Source: a virus (lineage: Duplodnaviria > Caudoviricetes). From it: DNA of 25,562 bases. The stretch is from the IMG/VR virus record IMGVR_UViG_3300036805_000219, positions 1 to 25,562 of that record, one strand, 5' to 3'. The position numbers and the translations under genes were made by a program. Positions 23,309 to 25,562 of the stretch are shown in pieces; within the stretch, counting starts at the first letter, position 1; every line of letters starts with the position of its first letter. The notes below the pieces were generated by a model that saw nothing but the letters and a program-made list of their open reading frames with translations, was not told the origin of the DNA and did not search any database.

Positions 23309-23360
23309 TATCCGTTAGTCCCGTGACATGGACGGTTCCATGTCACGGGTTACACGGATA
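23309..23360. other. attP-like 52-bp imperfect palindrome
   Basis: TATCCGT-tagt-CCCGTGACATGGA-cggt-TCCATGTCACGGG-ttac-ACGGATA, centred on GG 23334-23335, immediately upstream of int. Confidence 0.7.
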
Positions 23361-23427
23361 CGTAATCCGGGTATGGGCTGGGCGCGTCTCACTAGTTGCC
23401 CCGGCACTGACCGAGAGGGAATCCCCG

Positions 23428-23592
23428 ATGAGCTACCAGTACCAGCCGCCGCCCGACCGGAAGATCGTGCGCACCGAGCAGGCCGGGAGCAACGCGTTCC
23501 ACTGGGTCATGGTCGTGCTGACCGGCGGTGCGTGGTTCCTGGTGTGGCCACTGTTCCGCCGCAAGCGCGTGACCCGCGTCCGCTACCGGTAA
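23428..23592 (+). CDS. Small membrane protein, 54 aa
   Basis: RBS GAGAGGGA; NAFHWVMVVLTGGAWFLVWPL then a basic tail. Confidence 0.75.
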   Translation: MSYQYQPPPDRKIVRTEQAGSNAFHWVMVVLTGGAWFLVWPLFRRKRVTRVRYR

Positions 23593-23596
23593 AGAT

Positions 23597-23725
23597 TTAC
23601 TGCCTGGCGATGTACGGGGCGAGGATCGCCGCGAGGCGCAGGGCCTGCTCGCGCGTCATCGGCGGGTCGTCCCTGGCGTCGGCCAGGGCGGCGGCGTCGA
23701 TCTCCTCGAGCGTCCGGCAGATCAT
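23597..23725 (-). CDS. 'MICRTL' microprotein copy 2, 42 aa
   Basis: MICRTLEEIDAAALADARDDPPMTREQALRLAAILAPYIARQ; ATGA-coupled to the GntR gene. Confidence 0.75.
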   Translation of the reverse strand: MICRTLEEIDAAALADARDDPPMTREQALRLAAILAPYIARQ

Positions 23726-23979
23726 GCCGGTGGCGCTTGCTTCACCACAAACGTCCCCTTGCCGACCGCGCTCTCGACCAGGCCGCGGTCCTTGAGCTCG
23801 CGCACGGCCCGCCGGGCGGTCAGGTAGCCGACGCCCCACTCGATGCCCAGGTCCCGCTCGGAGGGCAGCCGCTGGCCGGGGATCAGCTCGCCGCGCAAGA
23901 TCTTCCCCGCGACGTAGTCGGCCGCCTGGATGTACAGCGGGACGACCGAATCCGGGTCGAAGGTGGGCGGCATGGTCAT
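23722..23979 (-). CDS. GntR-family winged-HTH regulator (HTH only), 85 aa
   Basis: PLYIQAAD...I.RGEL.PGQRLPSERDL..EWGV...TARRAV.EL...GLV....GKGTFV; TACGAT -10 box 7 nt before ATG 23979. Confidence 0.92.
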   Translation of the reverse strand: MTMPPTFDPDSVVPLYIQAADYVAGKILRGELIPGQRLPSERDLGIEWGVGYLTARRAVRELKDRGLVESAVGKGTFVVKQAPPA

Positions 23980-24064
23980 GGCCAAGATCGTATTGCACCG
24001 CTGGCCTGCGTGAATACTCGCATGGCTATGCATACGCATGTATCAGACTGTACCGTGTTGGGCT

Positions 24065-24247
24065 ATGAGCACAGAGCCGACGAAAGAAAGCGTGGCGAAG
24101 GAATTCGCGGGCTGGCATCTGTGGGTGGGGATAAGCGGCCTGAAGTACGCCAGGAAATTGGATGTGGTGCCGCCGGTGGTGGTCCGCGGGAGGGAGTGGG
24201 CGGACGTGCGTGAGCAGATCATGGCCAAGCTGACGCCGCAGCCATGA
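24065..24247 (+). CDS. Small Trp-rich protein, 60 aa
   Basis: EFAGWHLW...YARK...PPVVVRG..W..VREQI; divergent from GntR; TACCGT -10 box upstream. Confidence 0.7.
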   Translation: MSTEPTKESVAKEFAGWHLWVGISGLKYARKLDVVPPVVVRGREWADVREQIMAKLTPQP

Positions 24248-24516
24248 GCACCCGGGGGGGAGATGCCGCGGAGCTTGACCACGTCATGCGCGACCGCGGC
24301 CACAAGCTAGCCCACCTGCAGATGCACTGGGGCGGCTCGTATGACATCAGCTGGCATGAGATCAGCTGGCACGGCGTCATCTGGTGCAGCGCCTACCGGG
24401 CCACCCGCAAGGACGGCAGCGGCTCACCGCTGTGCGCGCCGACAGACGGCGGCCTGCATCAGCTGATCCTGGCCGACTACACCGCCAGCCATCCGCTCGG
24501 TGTGGGCGCCCGGTGA
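24244..24516 (+). CDS. Small Trp-rich protein, 90 aa
   Basis: L..HWGGSYDI...YRATRKDG...L.A.T..GL..LI.ADY; ATGA coupling. Confidence 0.75.
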   Translation: MSTRGGDAAELDHVMRDRGHKLAHLQMHWGGSYDISWHEISWHGVIWCSAYRATRKDGSGSPLCAPTDGGLHQLILADYTASHPLGVGAR

Positions 24517-24719
24517 GCTTCACCGGCCTCGGCTCGGCCGTGGACGAGATGGTCCAGGCGCTGGAGGCCAAGCACCCGCGCTGGCAGGTCTGGGTCGTGG
24601 GCCACGTGATCGGCCCCCCGGCGTGGTGCGCACGGCGCCACGGCAGCACCCGGCCCGTGCTGAACCAGTGGGCTGCCGAGGACCTGTCGGCCGCGATCGA
24701 CCGGGCCGAGGCCACCTAG
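24513..24719 (+). CDS. Small Trp-rich protein, 68 aa
   Basis: LEAKHPRWQVW...WCARR...VLN...AEDL..AI; GTGA coupling. Confidence 0.7.
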   Translation: MSFTGLGSAVDEMVQALEAKHPRWQVWVVGHVIGPPAWCARRHGSTRPVLNQWAAEDLSAAIDRAEAT

Positions 24720-24724
24720 AACAT

Positions 24725-24766
24725 CAGCGCCCCCCGGCGGAGTCGAAAGCTCCTGCCGGGGGGCTG
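24725..24766 (+). terminator. GC-rich hairpin with possible GAAA tetraloop (terminator or leader)
   Basis: CCCCCCGGC/GCCGGGGGG plus GGAG/CTCC stem, C(GAAA)G loop, between operon genes. Confidence 0.45.
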
Positions 24767-24796
24767 ACCCCCGACCTAACGAGGAGGACGAGGGCT

Positions 24797-25562
24797 GTGA
24801 CAGAGGTTACCGAGAGCCACCCACCAGCCACCAGGGGCAGGCCCTGGATCGCTGGCCTGACGATGGCCGCGCTCGCCGCCGTCTGCGCCGTCATCTCTTA
24901 CAACGACGGGCTGCTGCTGATCCACCTCTACGGCGCGAAGGGCCGGGTGGCCTACCTGTACCCGCTGCTGCCCGACGGGCTGGTGATCATCTCGACCGCG
25001 GCGATGTACGAGGCGGCCCGCGCGGGCATCTCCCGGCCACGGTGGGCCATCGCCGGGATCACGCTCGGCGCGGTGCTGACGATCGCGATGAACGCCGCGG
25101 CCGGGGCTGTCCAGTCGTGGCTGTTCGCGCTGGCAGACCTGTTCGTGCCGGTGGTGTTCTTCGTGGCCCTGGAGGTTTTGATCTGGCTTATCAGGCGTGG
25201 CCGGGGCGGCTCTTTCCCCATAGCTACGGGAGCTGCCCCGGCCACCTCCGGGCCATGCCCGCACACGGTGGCCCTCACCCGCGAGGACGCCGTCCGGGCG
25301 GCCTACGGGCACGCCCGTGACTGCCTGGACGAGCCGGTGTCGATCCGGCAGCTCGCGGCCACCTTCAAGATGCACCGGGACCGGGTGGCCGAGCTGGCCC
25401 GCCCGGCACCGGCTGGCGGGGCTCAGGACGGGCGTGGCGGGGGTGCCGCCCCCGAGGCTGGCGGCACCTCCGCCAGCCACGATCGTGGCCAGGGCGGTGC
25501 TGCCTGCAAGCATCCCGCCGCCGCCCTGGCCACCCCTGAGCGCGGGCGGGGCGCGGGCTTCC
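24797..25562 (+). CDS. DUF2637/Spd-like multi-pass membrane protein with C-terminal HTH, truncated by the window edge
   Basis: Not in the ORF track. RBS GAGGAGG then GTG; four hydrophobic segments, ISY, AYLYPLLPDGL, TIAMN, P...F.ALE; PVSIRQLAATFKMHRDRV; frame open to the end. Confidence 0.75.
   Translation, partial: MTEVTESHPPATRGRPWIAGLTMAALAAVCAVISYNDGLLLIHLYGAKGRVAYLYPLLPDGLVIISTAAMYEAARAGISRPRWAIAGITLGAVLTIAMNAAAGAVQSWLFALADLFVPVVFFVALEVLIWLIRRGRGGSFPIATGAAPATSGPCPHTVALTREDAVRAAYGHARDCLDEPVSIRQLAATFKMHRDRVAELARPAPAGGAQDGRGGGAAPEAGGTSASHDRGQGGAACKHPAAALATPERGRGAGF

Larger units (their letters stand above)
1..25562. mobile_element. Temperate actinophage genome segment (integration, immunity, early/replication, packaging and start of head module)
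   Basis: Portal, TerS/TerL, HNH, replication initiator, RecT/exonuclease, CI/Cro pair and serine integrase in phage-like order; no recognisable host housekeeping gene in the window. Confidence 0.95.

Noticed and set aside
21415-23592. 725-aa + strand ORF
   Set aside because: Antisense shadow of the integrase; only the last 54 codons (from ATG 23428, with RBS) look like a real gene.
24776-25513. 245-aa - strand ORF
   Set aside because: Antisense to the RBS-supported DUF2637-like gene on the + strand.
1-25562. Diversity-generating retroelement, retron or toxin-antitoxin module
   Set aside because: No reverse transcriptase motifs, template/variable repeat pair or recognisable toxin family seen.

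Overview
High-GC window from a temperate actinobacterial phage (phage genome or prophage-derived DNA; a Streptosporangiales-like host is only my guess from protein style). Read right to left it holds: a GntR-controlled accessory operon (three small Trp-rich proteins and a DUF2637/Spd-like membrane protein); a symmetric 52-bp attP-like site next to a large serine integrase; a divergent CI-like/Cro-like XRE switch; a ~17-kb minus-strand early/middle region of ~45 mostly translationally coupled genes (TOPRIM protein, PD-(D/E)XK exonuclease plus RecT-like annealase, many Cys/His microproteins, a membrane protein/lipoprotein pair, VRR-NUC, replication initiator, DUF6221); an HNH nuclease plus a small P-loop protein; a cos-like non-coding region; and the start of an HK97-type portal gene. 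The main anomaly is that terS-terL lie on the + strand, inverted against the canonical HNH-cos-terS-terL-portal order, with AGGAAA-core inverted repeats at both ends. Other notable points: a shared C-terminal peptide on the HNH and P-loop proteins, paralogous 'MICRTL' microproteins coupled to two different HTH regulators, and three local frameshift/deletion lesions. All family assignments come from motif recognition by eye, not from database searches.
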